DNA of 64,000 nt from the human T2T-CHM13v2.0 reference genome, Homo sapiens (GCF_009914755.1 NC_060928.1), one strand, 5' to 3'. Shown: positions 13,255 through 28,734, numbered from the stretch's first letter. A program made the numbers and translations. Notes: a model not told the origin generated them from the letters alone.

Positions 13255-13520
13255 ACTTTGGGAGGCTGAGGCGGGTGGATCACCTGAGATCAGGAGTTTG
13301 AGACCAGCCTGGCCAACATGGTGTAACCCCATTTCTACTAAAAATACTGAAATTAGCCTGGTGTGATGGCACATGCCTGTAATCTCAGCTACTCGGGAGG
13401 CTGAGGGCTGAGGCAGGAGAATTGCTTGAACCCGGGAGGCGGAGTCTTCAGTGAGCCGAGATTGATCCAGCCTGGAAACAGAGCAAGACTCCGTCTCAAA
13501 AAACAAAATAAAAAGGAAAA
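13255..13520 (+). mobile_element. 5'-truncated AluS
   Basis: actttgggaggctgaggcgggtggatcacctgag...gactccgtctcaaaa. Confidence 0.88.
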
Positions 13521-13549
13521 AGTAAAAGTAAGACTTGGTCTTTGCTATA

Positions 13550-14450
13550 CAGTTTATTTGTCCAATGTCTATTTCTGAGTACTAATCTGTGTTAGGAGAT
13601 ATCCTAGACATTGGAAATAGACTGGTATAAAAAGCACATCCTGCCTTCTTTCATGGAGCTAACATTCTATTAGAATATAATAAACAAGTAAATAAAAATA
13701 ATTCAGATATGATAAGTGATATGAAAGAATTAAAATGGTTGATATGATAGACAGTGACTGGTGACTGGCTCCTGCAGATAGAGTGATGAAGGAATGTCAG
13801 TGAGGGGTTGTTACCTCACTCCCCACTAAGCCTAAACAATACTAGGGGTTCTGCCCTGCTTGATCAGGAGATAGTATTTAAGGTACAGAAAATATAAAAG
13901 CCCTGAAGCAAAAAGAAACTGGGAATATGTGAGAAATAAAGAATTCCAATATGGCAGGAATGTAGAAAGTGAAGGGGGCAGAAGAAAGAGATGAGGCTGG
14001 AGACAGGTTGAGAACATGCTAAGCCTTGGGTCTTGGTAGGGTTTAGATTTTATTCTAAGGGCTACAGGGAACCACTGGAGGTTTGTAAGCAGAGGAATAA
14101 TATACTGCAGTTTTTATTTTTAAAGGATTATTTTGGCTGCTGTAGATAATGAACTGTGGGGGGAAAAGGTACAAACAGACCCGGCCAACTGTTGAGAGGG
14201 TCTAGTGACCATCCACAGGCACCTCAGGAATTACCTCCTGGGAGTGTTCTCCAGGCCCCCAGGCTCCATTAAGACACCCTTCTCTGAGCTCCCTTTATCA
14301 GATAACATATTATATTGAAATTTTATCTTTGAATATTTCTGTTTTTCCCATGAGGGCAGAATGCCTTAGGATAAGGACTTTGTCTAACTTACCTTTAAAG
14401 GACTAGCACAGAGCAGGTGCCCAGAAAACATTTGTTGAATTGAGTGAATT
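13550..14450. mobile_element. L2 fragments
   Basis: tcatggagctaacattcta, gatgaggctggagacagg, accactggaggtttgtaagcagagg, catttgttgaattgagtgaat. Confidence 0.6.
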
Positions 14451-14974
14451 GCCTAGCTTCAGGGCAAGACAACACTTTCACATACAGAGAAGGTGAATGA
14501 TCTATTGGCCTTTTGGTATTTCCAAAATATGGAAGAAAGATGGAGGTGGAGGGGAACAACCATTTCTCACAGTGGAATAGGATGAGAGCTGTGAAATAAG
14601 ATTCAGCTGCAGTGGCTTGGATTGAGGACAGATGGTAGTGAAATTTACCATTTAGAGAGGAAAAAAACACTGTGGCAATTAAAGCAGAGTTGATAACACT
14701 GAATGCCACCCCATTTGTTTCAGCAGGAACATGCCACTGCTGCACCCCCCAGGAGTGTGGTTGTGTCAATCTGTGCCCACAGCGTTTCAGCAGGCTCAGA
14801 GGCTACCAGCCTCTATTTCAGAGCTGAAAATAATCAGGAGCAGGAACAAACATTATTCAGTATTATGCCATTGAATATTGAAAATAGAAACCCTGTTACC
14901 CCCCTTTAAGCAGGGGAGATGGACTGTACTTAGGTGTGAAAACAGTGCTCAAAACAATATCAATAGGTAATGTC

Positions 14975-15210
14975 TGTAAGAGGCTAAATTCTAGTGTTCC
15001 ATCGCCCTGTAGGATAACTATAGTTAACAATAATATAGTTTCAAATAGCTAGAAGGAGGATATTGAATATTCCTAAAACAAAAAAATGTTACATGTTTGA
15101 GATGATGGGTATGCAATTACCCTGATCTGATTACCATACATTATATGTATTGAAACATCACTATGTACCTTATGAATAAGTACAATTATTATTTGTCAGA
15201 AAAAATAAGT
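14975..15210 (+). mobile_element. L1MA 3' end fragment
   Basis: atagttaacaataatata...tttgagatgatgggtatgc...ccctgatctgattaccatacatt. Confidence 0.7.
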
Positions 15211-15749
15211 CTAATGTATTGCCACACTTAGGGTTTTCTTTTCTTTACTTGTTGCCAGAAAATTGCTTCTGATGCCACCTAGTTCCACATTCTCACCAGA
15301 GACAAATGACCAGCCACTGTCCTCCCTTCCCCTTCCTCTTGGAGCTCTTTGGGAGTTACTGAGAGGCAAGACACCGAGGAAGAGAGCACCTCCCACTGAA
15401 GCTGGGCGTGAATTTATAAGGGTTCCTCTTCCTCTTCCCTTACCCCAATCTAAGCATTGAAAGCATGGCGGATCTAGGAAATGCATTTGAATACAGTTCC
15501 TAACTGTGGCACTCATGGAATCCTCCCATTTGGCTCTCCTTCAAAAAACCTCTACAAAACAGAACAATTTGGGAGTAATTAGAAAATGCAGATTAATATT
15601 CATAGAAATATTTTCAACACTTCTGTTTATTCCCTGTGGATGGACATGTTTTGTCTGATTTTGATACATATGTTCATCTTTCACTAGGTGACTTTAGAGA
15701 AAGAGAAAAAAAGTATTTCACATTTTTCCCCTTGGTTTTTTGATTTTAG

Positions 15750-15863
15750 GAGCTGAAAGATGACTTGAAGGGTGATCTCTCTGGCCACTTTGAGCATCTC
15801 ATGGTGGCCCTAGTGACTCCACCAGCAGTCTTTGATGCAAAGCAGCTAAAGAAATCCATGAAG
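15750..15863 (+). CDS. ANXA3: Annexin A3 exon 5 (ELKDDLKGDLSGHFEHLMVALVTPPAVFDAKQLKKSMK), 114 nt
   Basis: gattttag|GAGCTGAAA...ATGAAG|gtatga. Confidence 0.97.
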
Positions 15864-16568
15864 GTATGAGCCCCCCACAAGCCATTTCTGCCCAGGGTTT
15901 GACCAAGTCATCAAAAATAGTGACTTTCTTGCAGTGCACACTTGTGATGGGTGGACTTGGATGCCCTTTTGGTCTGGACTCTCCCAGTGGTAGAATGACT
16001 CTGAAATAGGCAACAGCTATAGAACCTTAAGCCCAAATGTTCCTGGGCTGGAAGAATTTTGTCATATCCTTTGTTTGACATGAAGAGTCAAGTTCTCTAA
16101 TTTGTCATCGTTGAAAGTAAATAGCACTATGATTAACCCCAACACTCAAGCTAAAAACCTAGCATTATCCTTGAGCCCTTGTTTTCTCTTACCCTTCCAA
16201 GCTCCCAAATCTATCAGCAAGTTCCTTAGTTTTACTTCAAAATCCATTATAAATATGTGCACTTCTCTCAAAATCCATTGCTACTGTTCTAGTCTGACCA
16301 CCATCATCTCTTGACTGGTCCATATCAATAGGCTTCTAACTGGTCCCTTTGCCTCCATTTTTGCCCATCTCAAATTCATTCTACACAGAATAGCCAAAAT
16401 TATTTTTATTAATTTATTTTAAAAATCAGATTATGCTACTTACCTGCATAAATTTCCAATGGCTTTGTACGCTTAAAATCCAAGCTTCTTATCATGACTT
16501 TCATCACCCAACATAGTGCAGCTCCTGTCTAACTCTGTGGCTTTTTAAAATTCTATTTATATCAGTCA

Positions 16569-16930
<362 letters not shown>

Positions 16931-16949
16931 ATTTATTGGAAAGAATTGG

Positions 16950-17282
<333 letters not shown>

Positions 17283-17756
17283 TCAGGAAAGGCAGGCTGG
17301 AACTCTTGGGCACAAGCTGAAGCTGCTGTCCACAGAAAGAATCTTCTAAACAGAAGCCTTGCCTCTGGTCTTAAGGCGTTTCAACTGATTGGATCAGGTC
17401 TGCCGAGAAAGGTAATCTCCCTTACTTAAAGTGAATCGATAATAAACTGAAATTATATCTACAAAATACCTTCACAGCAACACCTAGATTAGTGTTTGAT
17501 TGAATAAGTGGCATTATAGCCTGGCCAAGTTGGCACATAAAACTGACCGTCATACCCCCTCCTGCTCACCCATTAATGATGTAGCTACACTGGCCTTTTC
17601 TCTGCTCCTTGAACATCATAAGCTTATTCTTGTTTTGAGATCTTTATACATGATGTTTCTTCCATCTGGAATGCTTTTCCTCCAGACATTTTCCATTAAT
17701 TCACTCAAATATATTTTCTTAACTGCACTTATTACTGTCTAAAAGTATCTTGTCTA

Positions 17757-18047
17757 TTTATTTGTTTTTGAGACAAGGTCTCGCTTCATTGCCCAGGCTC
17801 TAGTAAAGTGGTGCAATTATGGCTCACTGCAGCCTCAACCTCCCTGGCAAGCCTCCAACTTCAGCCTCCTGAGCAGCTGGGACTGCAGGCACACACCACC
17901 ACACCTGGCTAATTAAAATTTTTTTTTTTTGTAGAGACAGGGTCTTGCTATGTCACCCAGACTGGTCTCAAACTCCTGAGTCAAGCAATCCTCCTGCCTC
18001 GGCCTCTCAAAGTACTGGAATTACAGGTGTAAGCCACTGCACCTGGC
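17757..18047 (-). mobile_element. Alu (AluJ-like)
   Basis: Antisense Alu consensus. Confidence 0.88.
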
Positions 18048-18294
18048 CTTTTCTATTTTTAAAATCCATTTGTTTATTATCTTTTTTCATCTAACTAAAA
18101 GGCAAACCTCCACCATGGCAGGGAACCTCATTGGTCTTGGCCTATATCTTCTGTTCCTAGAGCAACTCCTGAAATGAAGTGGGTGCTCAATGTATTAATT
18201 AATAGGAAGGAGGAAAAAGAAGGGAGCCTAGATCTGAGGCATAAGCCATATTCTGCCTTGCCATCAGGGAATGGAGTTATCTTCTTTTCTGTGG

Positions 18295-18760
18295 AGGACA
18301 TATGGGCATCTGAGAAGCAGATGGCAAGATGGAATTTGATGTACAGGAGATTTATTTTGAGAAACACCTGTGAAGGATAAAGAGGCGAAGAGCAGGGTAG
18401 GTGGGGTGAACCTTCAGACTGCAGTGGTGGCCTGACCCCTATGAGAGGAGAGAGGAGAGGAAGTAGGCTGAGATTAGGAAGAGCCTCAGTGCATAGTGAA
18501 GCTCCGAGAAAACCTTGGTAGGCTGTTGGGGAGCCCCTGAGCAAAGACTGCCCTTTGGAGGAGTTCTGTGTTGGGCGCAAGTCCAGTACCCCTGTTGTTT
18601 ACAGTCATTGACTGACAGCCACCTGGAGAGGGCATGACCTCAGTGTGAACTTTGGTAGACCCAAAGGTGTGGCAGTTGGAGGCTGTTAGCTAACTGCGTT
18701 CTTTGCAGCTGATTCTCTTGAAGTGAAATCTGAGCATTGTTTCTCTATGGCTACCCAAAG
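18295..18760. mobile_element. Old ERVL-type LTR (family uncertain)
   Basis: gagaagcagatggcaagatggaatttgatgtacaggagatttatt...acacctgtgaagga, LTR-like. Confidence 0.45.
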
Positions 18761-18779
18761 GGGAGGGTTTAGCAGGTGT

Positions 18780-19225
18780 AATTGTAAGGATTAGATTCAC
18801 CAATAAGTATTAGAACAGTTTCTCTTTTACATAAAAGAAATCCAGGCTGTGGTGGCACCACCATTATCAGAGACTCAGTCTCCTTCTATCTTGAGGCTCT
18901 GCCGTCTTTAACTCATGGTTTTCACTTCCTGGCTAAAGAAGGCTCATGACTCAGCCATTATGTCTTCATTCCAGGCAACTCAAAAGAGTAAAGGACAAAG
19001 AAGGGTTCACTCCCTCACTCTAAGGATACTCCCTGAGCATACATATGGTACTTCTGCATATATCCCATTGGTCAGAGTTTAGTTTCTGGACATATTTCAC
19101 TGTAAAAGAAGCTGAGAAACATAGCCTTTATATGGGTAGCAATGTACCAAGTTAAAAGTTGGGGGTTCCATTACTAAGCAAGAAAGACAAAAGAGATACT
19201 GTGGTAAACTAGGAATCTCTGCTAC
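18780..19225 (-). mobile_element. Old MLT1 LTR (J/K-like)
   Basis: ctccttctatcttg...cagccattatgtcttcattccaggca...tatcccattggtcagagtttagt...aagaagctgagaaa. Confidence 0.55.
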
Positions 19226-19832
19226 AGAGAGACAGAATTCAGTCTCTGTTCATATGCTGCACTGGCCTTATTCAATCAAGTCGTAGTGTATATGACTTTT
19301 CTTGGAGTCACAGTGTGATTCAGTGACCTTGATATAAACAGGACTGAGAGGTAATTAGTCCCCATGCCAGCCAGGCCCATGATGCACATTACTGAGGATT
19401 TGAAAGGCTCCCTGTATGAAGAGAATGATACATGCTGATAGACCCAGTACAGTGATGCAAGGATGAAATCATTCAAAAGTATTATAGAGCCTTTTCTAAA
19501 CATAGTGGAATGTTTGAATGTTGGTAGGGTTAATCCTGTTAGACTGTCACTTCTAATCTTGAATGACACAGGCTTTTTCTTTTATACTATTTCTTTCCAG
19601 AATTATTCAATTGATTTTCACACTAGAGTGAAAAATTTGCTGTCACTTTATTCCAGATGATTTATGTTATTACTAAAATATATGGAAAAATAGAAAACGA
19701 GAGCAATAGAGAACCTTGTATTGATTTACTTAAAAGTGTCCTTTCATCTATATAAACAAGATAATAAGACCAAAAGGCATGAGATTAAGTTATTTAAGTG
19801 TTCTAAAAATTAGATTTTCTTTTCCTTTTTAG

Positions 19833-19923
19833 GGCGCGGGAACAAACGAAGATGCCTTGATTGAAATCTTAACTACCAGGACAAGCAGGCAAATGAAGGA
19901 TATCTCTCAAGCCTATTATACAG
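19833..19923 (+). CDS. ANXA3: Annexin A3 exon 6 (GAGTNEDALIEILTTRTSRQMKDISQAYYT-V), 91 nt
   Basis: ttcctttttag|GGCGCGGGA...TATACAG|gtgtct. Confidence 0.97.
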
Positions 19924-20371
19924 GTGTCTTATTTTCTGCTTACCTTCACCACTGTTCACACATATTTGAGCCAATGTTGCTTTTCCTAGAATCCTCTCAA
20001 TCTCTTCATGAGGCATTTTGAGAAGACAAGACTTACAGAAACGAGAATACATTCTAAAATCAGCTAAAGACTATGAGTTTCCAGGAAAAATTGGAATATG
20101 ATCTGAGCTAGAGACTGCTACATAACAATAGCATTAATGCTTTACATTTATAATATTACAGCTGCAGTGGATTTTGCTCTCGGCAATCTCTCATTAATTG
20201 AATTAACCATTGTCATCAATGTAAGAGACTCAAATCGTATTTTATTTTTAGGCGTTAGAAATCACTCAGATTAGATCCACGATTTTGGGTGTGGGAAATT
20301 AGATTAATTTAGAGGATGTGTTGAGCATAAGGATTCAATAGAAGTAGCTAAAGACCTAATAGTCTGCTGGC

Positions 20372-21085
20372 TGTGTAAAATTAGAAAGACTCTGAAATGT
20401 AATTCTGACTGTAACTACCCAGGGTTAGTGTGACTTCACAGGTTAAGGTCACAGTCCCCACAAGACTACCTTCACCTCAGACACCAGCCCACAAGCTCAG
20501 GTGTTTTCAGGCTACACGTGCTTTTAACCAGCTGGCTACAAATTCAGGGTTCTCACTACCCTCTCAGGTTGAATAGCACACTAGAATGACACAGAACTCA
20601 AGAAAGTGCTGTGTTCACAAATGCGATATTATCATAAAGGAAACAAATCAGGGCCAATCAAATGTGGAGACTGCATATGGAGATATTTGGAAGGGTCCAG
20701 TGGAAGCTTCCACTCTCCTGACCATTGATATATCATTACCAACCAGCAAGCTCACTTGATTATTGGTAGCCTTAGTTTTTATTGGGGTTTCGTTATATAA
20801 GCATGATTGGTTGAACCATTGTTCATGTGATTGAACCAGTCCACCTACACTCCCCAGAGGTCAGGCTGATATTGTGGCTCAAAGCCTCAACCTTTTAATC
20901 ATATGGTTGATCTTTCTGATGTGACCAGCCTTTATTCTGGGTCATATTGTTAGCATAACTGAGCTGTAGTCCAAGAGACCAACCATGAATAACAAGGACA
21001 CACCTATGACTTGGGAAATCCAAAGGATTTAGAGTTTACCTCCCAGGAATCAGGAATAAGACCAGCCCAATTCTCTACTATTCAA
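20372..21085. mobile_element. MER21-like LTR
   Basis: ttcacaggttaagg...ccacaagactaccttcacctcagacacc...gaatgacacagaactcaagaaagtgc...gggaaatccaaaggatttag...cctcccaggaa. Confidence 0.7.
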
Positions 21086-21384
21086 TGGCCCCATAGAACC
21101 CTCTCCAAGTACTTTAAGGGAGCCACAGTTTCTCTGTTTGTGTCTCACAGAGGTCAGTTGTGTCATAGCAGCTTTTGCAGTGGGAGAGGTCCAAAGAAGG
21201 AGTACATATTGGTCCTCATGTAGGTGTTAAAGAGGATGCTTTGGGAGATTCTTGTTAGAAGGTAAATACCTCAATGTCAGGTGATTGTTTTGTTATTGAT
21301 GTACCAATTGGGTTCTAATCAGAAAAACAGAAACAGCACTAGGTATTTTGACAGATAGAATGTAATATAAAGAACTGCTTAAAG

Positions 21385-21679
<295 letters not shown>

Positions 21680-21682
21680 TTA

Positions 21683-21976
21683 AGCTGGGCACAGTGGCTC
21701 ATGCCTGTAATCCTGGCATTTTGGGAGGCTGAGGTGGGCAGATTGCGTGAGCCAAGGAGTTTAAGACCAGCCCAGGCAACATGACAAAACCCCGTCTCTA
21801 TAAAAAATACCAAAAATTGGCCAGGTGTGGTGGTGCACGCCTACAGTCCCAGCTCCTCAGGAGGCTCAAGTGGGAGGATCACTTGAGTCTAAGAGATTGA
21901 GGCCACAGTAAGCCTTGATCATGCCACTGCACTCCAGCCTGCGTGACAGAGTGAGACCTTGTCTTGGAAAAAAAAG
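21683..21976 (+). mobile_element. Alu (AluJ-like)
   Basis: gctgggcacagtggctc...gagaccttgtct plus A tail. Confidence 0.9.
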
Positions 21977-24344
21977 AAGAATTGCTAAACACCTTTCAGA
22001 GGACTGAAAAAGCAAAAAGGGAACAAAAGGATTCATGCAGGTTATAACCCCCCAGACCTGAGACAACAAAGGAAAGAGGTTGAGGCTATCAGAAACTGGA
22101 AGCTAGAATGAGGGACATACCTGGCTGATGTCGGGACCTCAGGGGCTCAGAGCAGAGGCTTAAGGAGCAGGAGTTCAGATCTCTGAAAAGAGGGCTCCAT
22201 CTGTAGGTACTGGAGCCAGTACCTACACGGGGGTCAAAGTGACTTTTTCTAGGAAGCTGGAGCCAGTTGCTGCTGTCGGGGTGAACAGCCTTCCCTGGGT
22301 TGACACTGACATGACTAGCCGTCAGATAGCTTGCACTTCTTTCCACCTCCTGCCTTCCAGTCCCCTCTACTCCCCAGTACTGGTGGAACCTAATAGGGAG
22401 CGGGTACAGACAGAAGTAGACAAGAGAATTGCTTAATCATTAATGCACAAAAGAGTATGTTTTAGGTGTTTAAAATATTTCAGTTCAACAAGGTTTACAT
22501 ATTTTACAAAACCCATCAGAACCAGGCACTGTTTCCCAAGTTGGCTTGGTATTTTCTGGTGTTTCTTAGAAGAGCCACTGCTCCCCAAGTGGACCTGCCC
22601 TGTGACAGATCCCTGGAGCCCAGCATTTAGGTACAAACAGTTCCAGGATGTGAGCTTTATGAGGATGAGGATTTTCGTCTATGTTGTTCACTGCTGTATC
22701 CTCAGTTCTAAGAACAGTGGGGCAGATAAGTGCAAATATTTATTAAATGAGTGTCCTCAAAATTGAGGTTAAGGTCTTAAGAGCCAAGTGAAACTTTTAC
22801 CATTCAGGATAGTGTTGTGCAGATATGACAGATGATAATAGCACAAAGTTACCAGAGCCTCAATTTCTATGTGAGTAATGCTCTCTGAGGCTACAAAGGA
22901 TACAACTGCATCAAGGTTACCTTGGTTACTAGAGATTAATGATACACAAGAAGATCAAGAAGGAAATTGTCTCAATCATGCATAGCCAAACTTTACAGAG
23001 ATTAAAGTCACAGCACTACCCGAGGGACCCAGTTATGTTGTCACTCTCTCGGCAGCAGGCATCCATTGCTCCCCATGCTAATGTTTTCCGTGACAGTAAC
23101 TGCTCCTCTTCCTTTTTGCTTCTAATGTTCTTGACACCAGCAAGTAACATCCCCTCCCCTACCACATGGTGTTTGTCTACCCAAGGCTTATAAATATTTG
23201 TGCATAGCTTTTGGTTATTCTTGGCTACTGTTTTCTTCATTATTTCCAGGAGTCTTTTGGTTCTTTGTTATTCTATTGTCTTTGTCTCCTTTTCTGTGTC
23301 ACTCGCTCCCTAAGAGAGAAGATACAATGGGTTCAGGAAGTCACTATCATGTTGGCCCTCATAAAGGGACCAGATGTCTTCTACAGCTTATTCAGTACAG
23401 TGGCACAATAGAGTCTAAATAAAGAGAGATCTAAATTCTTAACTTTTTTCGGTATTCTAAAGTCAATGGTGTGTGAGAGAGAGAACACTGAAACAGGGAT
23501 CAGGGACTCAAAGTTCTAGTCCAGGCACCTGTACTATTAAAATATTCTATTTGATTTTATACTCTACTGTGCCTCAAAATGGATAAAGTAGTTGTCAACT
23601 TAGGTTGAAATAATTTTTTACTCTAATATCCCACAAAATATTTGAAGGAAAGGGAGAGGCTGTGTGAAATGACTTATAAAGTCTCATCTAAATAATTCCA
23701 AAATTACAAAATACTTCCCCAAGTTCTAAGAAATGGGATATTCATTCTTCTACTTGATATTTTCAAATTTAAAGTTTTTTATCTAACTAGAATGAAGGAT
23801 AGATGTAACAATATCACAACCATTAGGTTTAATGATGCCTACTAAATATTATTATTTAGAAAAATAACACACTTTTTTGGTGGATTTTGCTTATATGAAT
23901 TGCTTTGAAAAGTTACAGATTTCATAAAAAAGAGACTTACTAAAATCATGCTGAAGAAGTTTCCATCTCAGCGCAGTTCTTGCTATTGGATAATCTCATA
24001 TCACTTTCTATAATTGTCTTTCATTGATTTAAATAGATGAGAATTCTCATGGCTAGTATGGCTAATTTATAGAATTCTTGAGAATGGTGCAGACAGTTCA
24101 GATAGCCACATGGTGTCACCTACAACAAAGGGTATAGTGGCTCCAAGAGAATCACCACCCCATGGATGGGGCAGACAGAGATTTAAGACTGATGGGCACT
24201 GCACATCACAGGCCATGCAAAAGGGGCTACAACTAGTCAGTACTAAAATATATGAACACACAGTTGGCATTTGTAAAGGGAAATGGCATGTTTTGGGTAG
24301 CTTTCTTACTTTTGGGAGATACGAAAAAATATGGTTTAATTATA

Positions 24345-24820
24345 TTCATTAAGATTAGGGTTAGATTCGATAAAACAGAAAAATTACAGTGGCTTACAAA
24401 AGGTAGAAGTTTATTTCTATCATATGTAGAAGTCTAGACATTGGCAATTCTAAGTCTAGTATGACAGCTACTCAAAGCTTTTAGGAACTCAGACTTCTTC
24501 TTGATTACTTTTATGCCATCACTAAGAAGTGGTCCTTATCTTCACAGTCCAAGATGGCTGCCCAAGATGCAGATATCAGTTCACATGTAAGGCAGTTGGA
24601 TGGAGGAAGGACTAAGATGAACATGGCCTCATCCCTTTAAGGAGATTTGTCTGCCTTCATTTCATTGTGAATAACTAAGTTATAGAACTGTACTAGCTAA
24701 GAGGAAAGCTGAGAAAGTAGTTTTTAAGCTGTGTACATTATATCTTGCTTAAGGTTAGGGTTCTCTTAGTATGGAAGATGGCCAGAATGGAAATTGAAAG
24801 GCACACTAGTAGCTCATCCA
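24345..24820 (-). mobile_element. Old MLT1 LTR
   Basis: acagtggcttacaaaaggtagaagtttatttct...ccaagatggctgc...gaggaaagctgagaaagtagtttttaagctg. Confidence 0.55.
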
Positions 24821-25116
24821 CCCCAGCTTTTCCACTATGCATCCCTTAGTGCCATTGTCAGATGAAATAAACCAAGATTTGCTCCAGAATGACAACTCTT
24901 TCTATTCTTTTGCATCTACCACAACACAGTGCAGTAAGAGTTACAAGAAGAATGTACCATCTCACAACAGAAAAGCATGAAGAAATTAAATAAAAGGGCA
25001 AGATTTATCTTATCACATACCCATTCTTTGCTAGTGTTGGCATTTAAACTTTTCTCTGTTTTATAATCATATTTTTCAGTTTGTCAAGGCTTAATTTCAT
25101 TCTGATTTGGTTTCAG

Positions 25117-25196
25117 TATACAAGAAGAGTCTTGGAGATGACATTAGTTCCGAAACATCTGGTGACTTCCGGAAAGCTCTGTTGACTTTGGCAGAT
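25117..25196 (+). CDS. ANXA3: Annexin A3 exon 7 (YKKSLGDDISSETSGDFRKALLTLAD), 80 nt
   Basis: ggtttcag|TATACAAG...GCAGAT|gtaagg. Confidence 0.97.
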
Positions 25197-26149
25197 GTAA
25201 GGTTTTATTTTTTATTTTTTAACTCCCCAGTAAGCTGCATGCTCAATAACAATTTTTAGGGAGTTTAAAAATAACCAAACTGAGACAATGAGTTCACAAT
25301 TTTCCTTATGAAATGGTTTGTTCATTTTACATTTTCATTGCCACCAAGCAATATAATGTTTAACCAAGATCATAAAAGCATACATAATGATGTAACAACA
25401 AAGAAAACTTATTTGAGTCAGTAAGTGGAGGTGTTTTGGTCAGGTTTCACAATTTTGACATTAGAAGACATTCTGATACATCATCTGACATACAATATTT
25501 ATTTCCATTATAAGTGTCTCCATTTTAAAGAACAGGTTTATTTTCTTCTGGACTCTGAAGAATAAATATTTCTTTTGTTAGCTTCTAAATTAAATAGGAA
25601 GCATGATACAGAAGAATGATCTTTAGAGATGGGAATTAAATTGAGTATCAGTCTCAGGATTAAAAAAAAGAAAATGATTGCTGCAATTTCAGCCTTGCCA
25701 CCTTGGAAAAGCTGCCAAACTATTAATCATCATGTGACCTAATGAGGCCACACCTTGCTTTCTCTTTTTAGAAGGCTTATGACTTTTATTATAAAGATGG
25801 TAAGGTCAAGGATGAGGTGTATTCACAGCTGTGTGTAAGAGAGAACGTGATTTAAACCATAGCTCACCAATTTTCTTTCAGCTGATTTACATAGCACCTA
25901 AATGTGAGAAAATCCCAACAACGGTCTCAGCCTCATGGTTGAAACAGCACCTGTCAAAGTGAGGCATTATGCCATTAGGAAGCGATTTATCTAAATTATG
26001 GTTTCAGTTACTTTAAATGTGAAAAACTTATGAAGGTTGAACCCACAACACCAAATTTATGAAGCATTGCTGCAAACATATGCTCTCAGAGGTATATATT
26101 CCTAAGTGCACATCTGTTTGTGTATGGACATGAATGCACCCACCCACAG

Positions 26150-26380
26150 GAGGCAGTATAGAGTAGGGCTCTAGGACAGGGTTCTAGAATCAAACAGGGC
26201 TGGAATCTCATGCTGCCAACTAGCTTTGTATATTTGGACAAGTTCTTTAAGTCTTAAAGCATTCATTTTCATATCTGTAAAACTAAAATACTAACAATAA
26301 CAAGTACTCATAGGGTGTTATGAAGATTAAGAGAAAGAGAGAGTATGTGAAGTACTTAGTGATCAACACAGGGTGGTAGT
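26150..26380 (+). mobile_element. MIR
   Basis: gaggcagtatagagtag...ttggacaagttct...catatctgtaaaa...tcatagggtgttatgaagattaa. Confidence 0.65.
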
Positions 26381-26677
26381 GGTTAGTATTATATTAAGAC
26401 CGATGATAATCAGCATTTATGTCATTGGAGCGAGCGTAAGTGAAAGAGAACAAGAAGAAAGCAAACAGCAGCAGGGTATCAGCAGCACAGAAAAGAAACC
26501 AGGCAAAAATCAGACAGTCATACAAGGACCTAATGTTTAAAAATAGGAACAAATTCATTTTAAACTATTGTAGCTAAATGTTTCATTCACCTATAATTTG
26601 CCAAATAATTCAGGCAATCCCGTGTTTTGGTTTTGTCTCCTGTCTTTCCATAATGTGCTTAAGTATTTGTACATGAA

Positions 26678-26685
26678 CACACATA

Positions 26686-26731
<46 letters not shown>
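26678..26731. repeat. (CA)n microsatellite
   Basis: About 22 uninterrupted CA units. Confidence 0.95.
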
Positions 26732-26732
<1 letters not shown>

Positions 26733-26754
26733 ACTTAAACCATAGAGCCTTTAA

Positions 26755-27080
<326 letters not shown>

Positions 27081-27099
27081 TTTGAGTTTTTTTTTTTTT

Positions 27100-28425
27100 T
27101 AAATAAACTTTACTTTTTAGAGCAGCTTCAGATTTATGGAAAAATTGAGCAGAAAGTACAGAGAGCTCCCATATGACCCTATTCTACTCTCTCCTTTCCT
27201 TTCCATTATTATTATTATTATTATTATTATTTTGAGACAGGATCTGGCTCTGTTGCCCAGGCTTGAGAACTATGGTGTGATCTTAGCTCACTGTAGTCTC
27301 GACCTCCTGGGCCCAAGCAGACCTCCCACTTCAGCCTCCTGAGTAACTGGGACCACAGGTGTACACCACCACATTCAGCTAATTTTTTTTTTTTTTTTTT
27401 TTTTTTTAGAGCGAGAGAAGGTCTCACTCTTGCATTAATTAGTATGTGTATTTATTATAATTGGTGAATGAATATTGATACATTATTATTAACTGAAGTT
27501 TATAGTTTACATTAGGGTTCACTCTTTCTGTGATATAGTTCTATGGATTTTAATAAATGTATAATGTCATATGTCTATCATTACAGTATGATAGAGTAGT
27601 TTCACTGTCCTAAAAATCCTCTGTGCTCTGCCAGTTCATACCTTCCTCCCCACCAACTACTGATCTTCTTACTGTCTCTATAGTTTTGCCATCTCTAGAA
27701 TGTCCTATAGTTGGAATCATACAGTACGTAGCCATTTCAGGCAGGCTGGCTTCTTTCACTTAGCTATATGCCTTTAAGGTTCCTCTATGTCTTTTCATGG
27801 CTTGATAGCTCATTTCTTTTTAGTACTGAGTAGTATTCCATTGTATAGAATATTTATTTTACCTGCTGAAAGGCATCTTCTTTGCTTCCAAGTTTTGGCA
27901 ATTATAAATAAAACTTCTGTAAACATTCATGTGCAGATTTTTGTATGGACATGTTTTCAACTCCTTTAGTTAAATAGCGAGGGGTGCAATTGCTTGATTA
28001 TATAGTAAGAGATATTTAGCTTTATTAAAAAACTGCAGAACTGTCTTCCAAAGTGACTGTACCATTTTGCTTTCATATCAGCAGTGAATGAGAGTTCCTG
28101 TTGCTCCACATTCTCACCAGTATTTGGTGTTGTCAGTGTTTTGGATTTGAGCCCTTCTAATAGGTTGTGTAGTGGCATCTTATTGTTTTAATTTGTAATT
28201 ATCTAATGACATACAATGTTGAGAATCTTTTCATGTGCCATCTGTGCGTCTTCTTTGGTGAGATGTCTGTTGAGATCTTTCAACCATTTTTAAATTGGGT
28301 TGTTATTTTCATATTGAGTTTTAAGAGTTCTTTATGTATTTTGGATACAAGTTCTTTATCAGATACATGTTACAAATATGTTCTCCCAGTTTGTACCTTG
28401 TCTTTTCTTCCACATAAGACCTCTG
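27100..28425 (-). mobile_element. L1MB 3' region, interrupted by a partial antisense Alu (27207-27430)
   Basis: aaattgagcagaaagtacagagagctccc...gtttacattagggttcactct...ttccaaagtgactgtaccattttgc...cttctttggtgagatgtctgtt. Confidence 0.8.
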
Positions 28426-28430
28426 TGTTG

Positions 28431-28734
28431 GGTTGGGCACAGTGGCCCACACTTGTATTCCCAGAGATTCAGGAGGCTGAGGTGGGAGGACAGCTTGAGG
28501 CCAGGAGTTTGAGACCAGCCTGGGCAACATAGCGAGATCCCATCTCTAAAAAAAATTTTTAAATTAGCTGTGTGTGGTGGTGTGCACCTGTAGTCATATT
28601 AGCTATTCAGGAGGCTGAAGCGGGAAGATGGCTTGAGCCTTGGAGTTCAAGGTTATAGTGAGCTATGACTGCAGGACTACACTCTGGCCTGGCCAACAGA
28701 GAGTGAGAACCTGTCTCTAAATATATATATATAT
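28431..28734 (+). mobile_element. Alu (AluJ-like)
   Basis: ggttgggcacagtggc...gaacctgtctct plus (AT) tail. Confidence 0.88.

Noticed and set aside
18128-18580. 150-aa minus-strand ORF
   Set aside because: Lies in LTR/L2-derived sequence with no protein-like signature.
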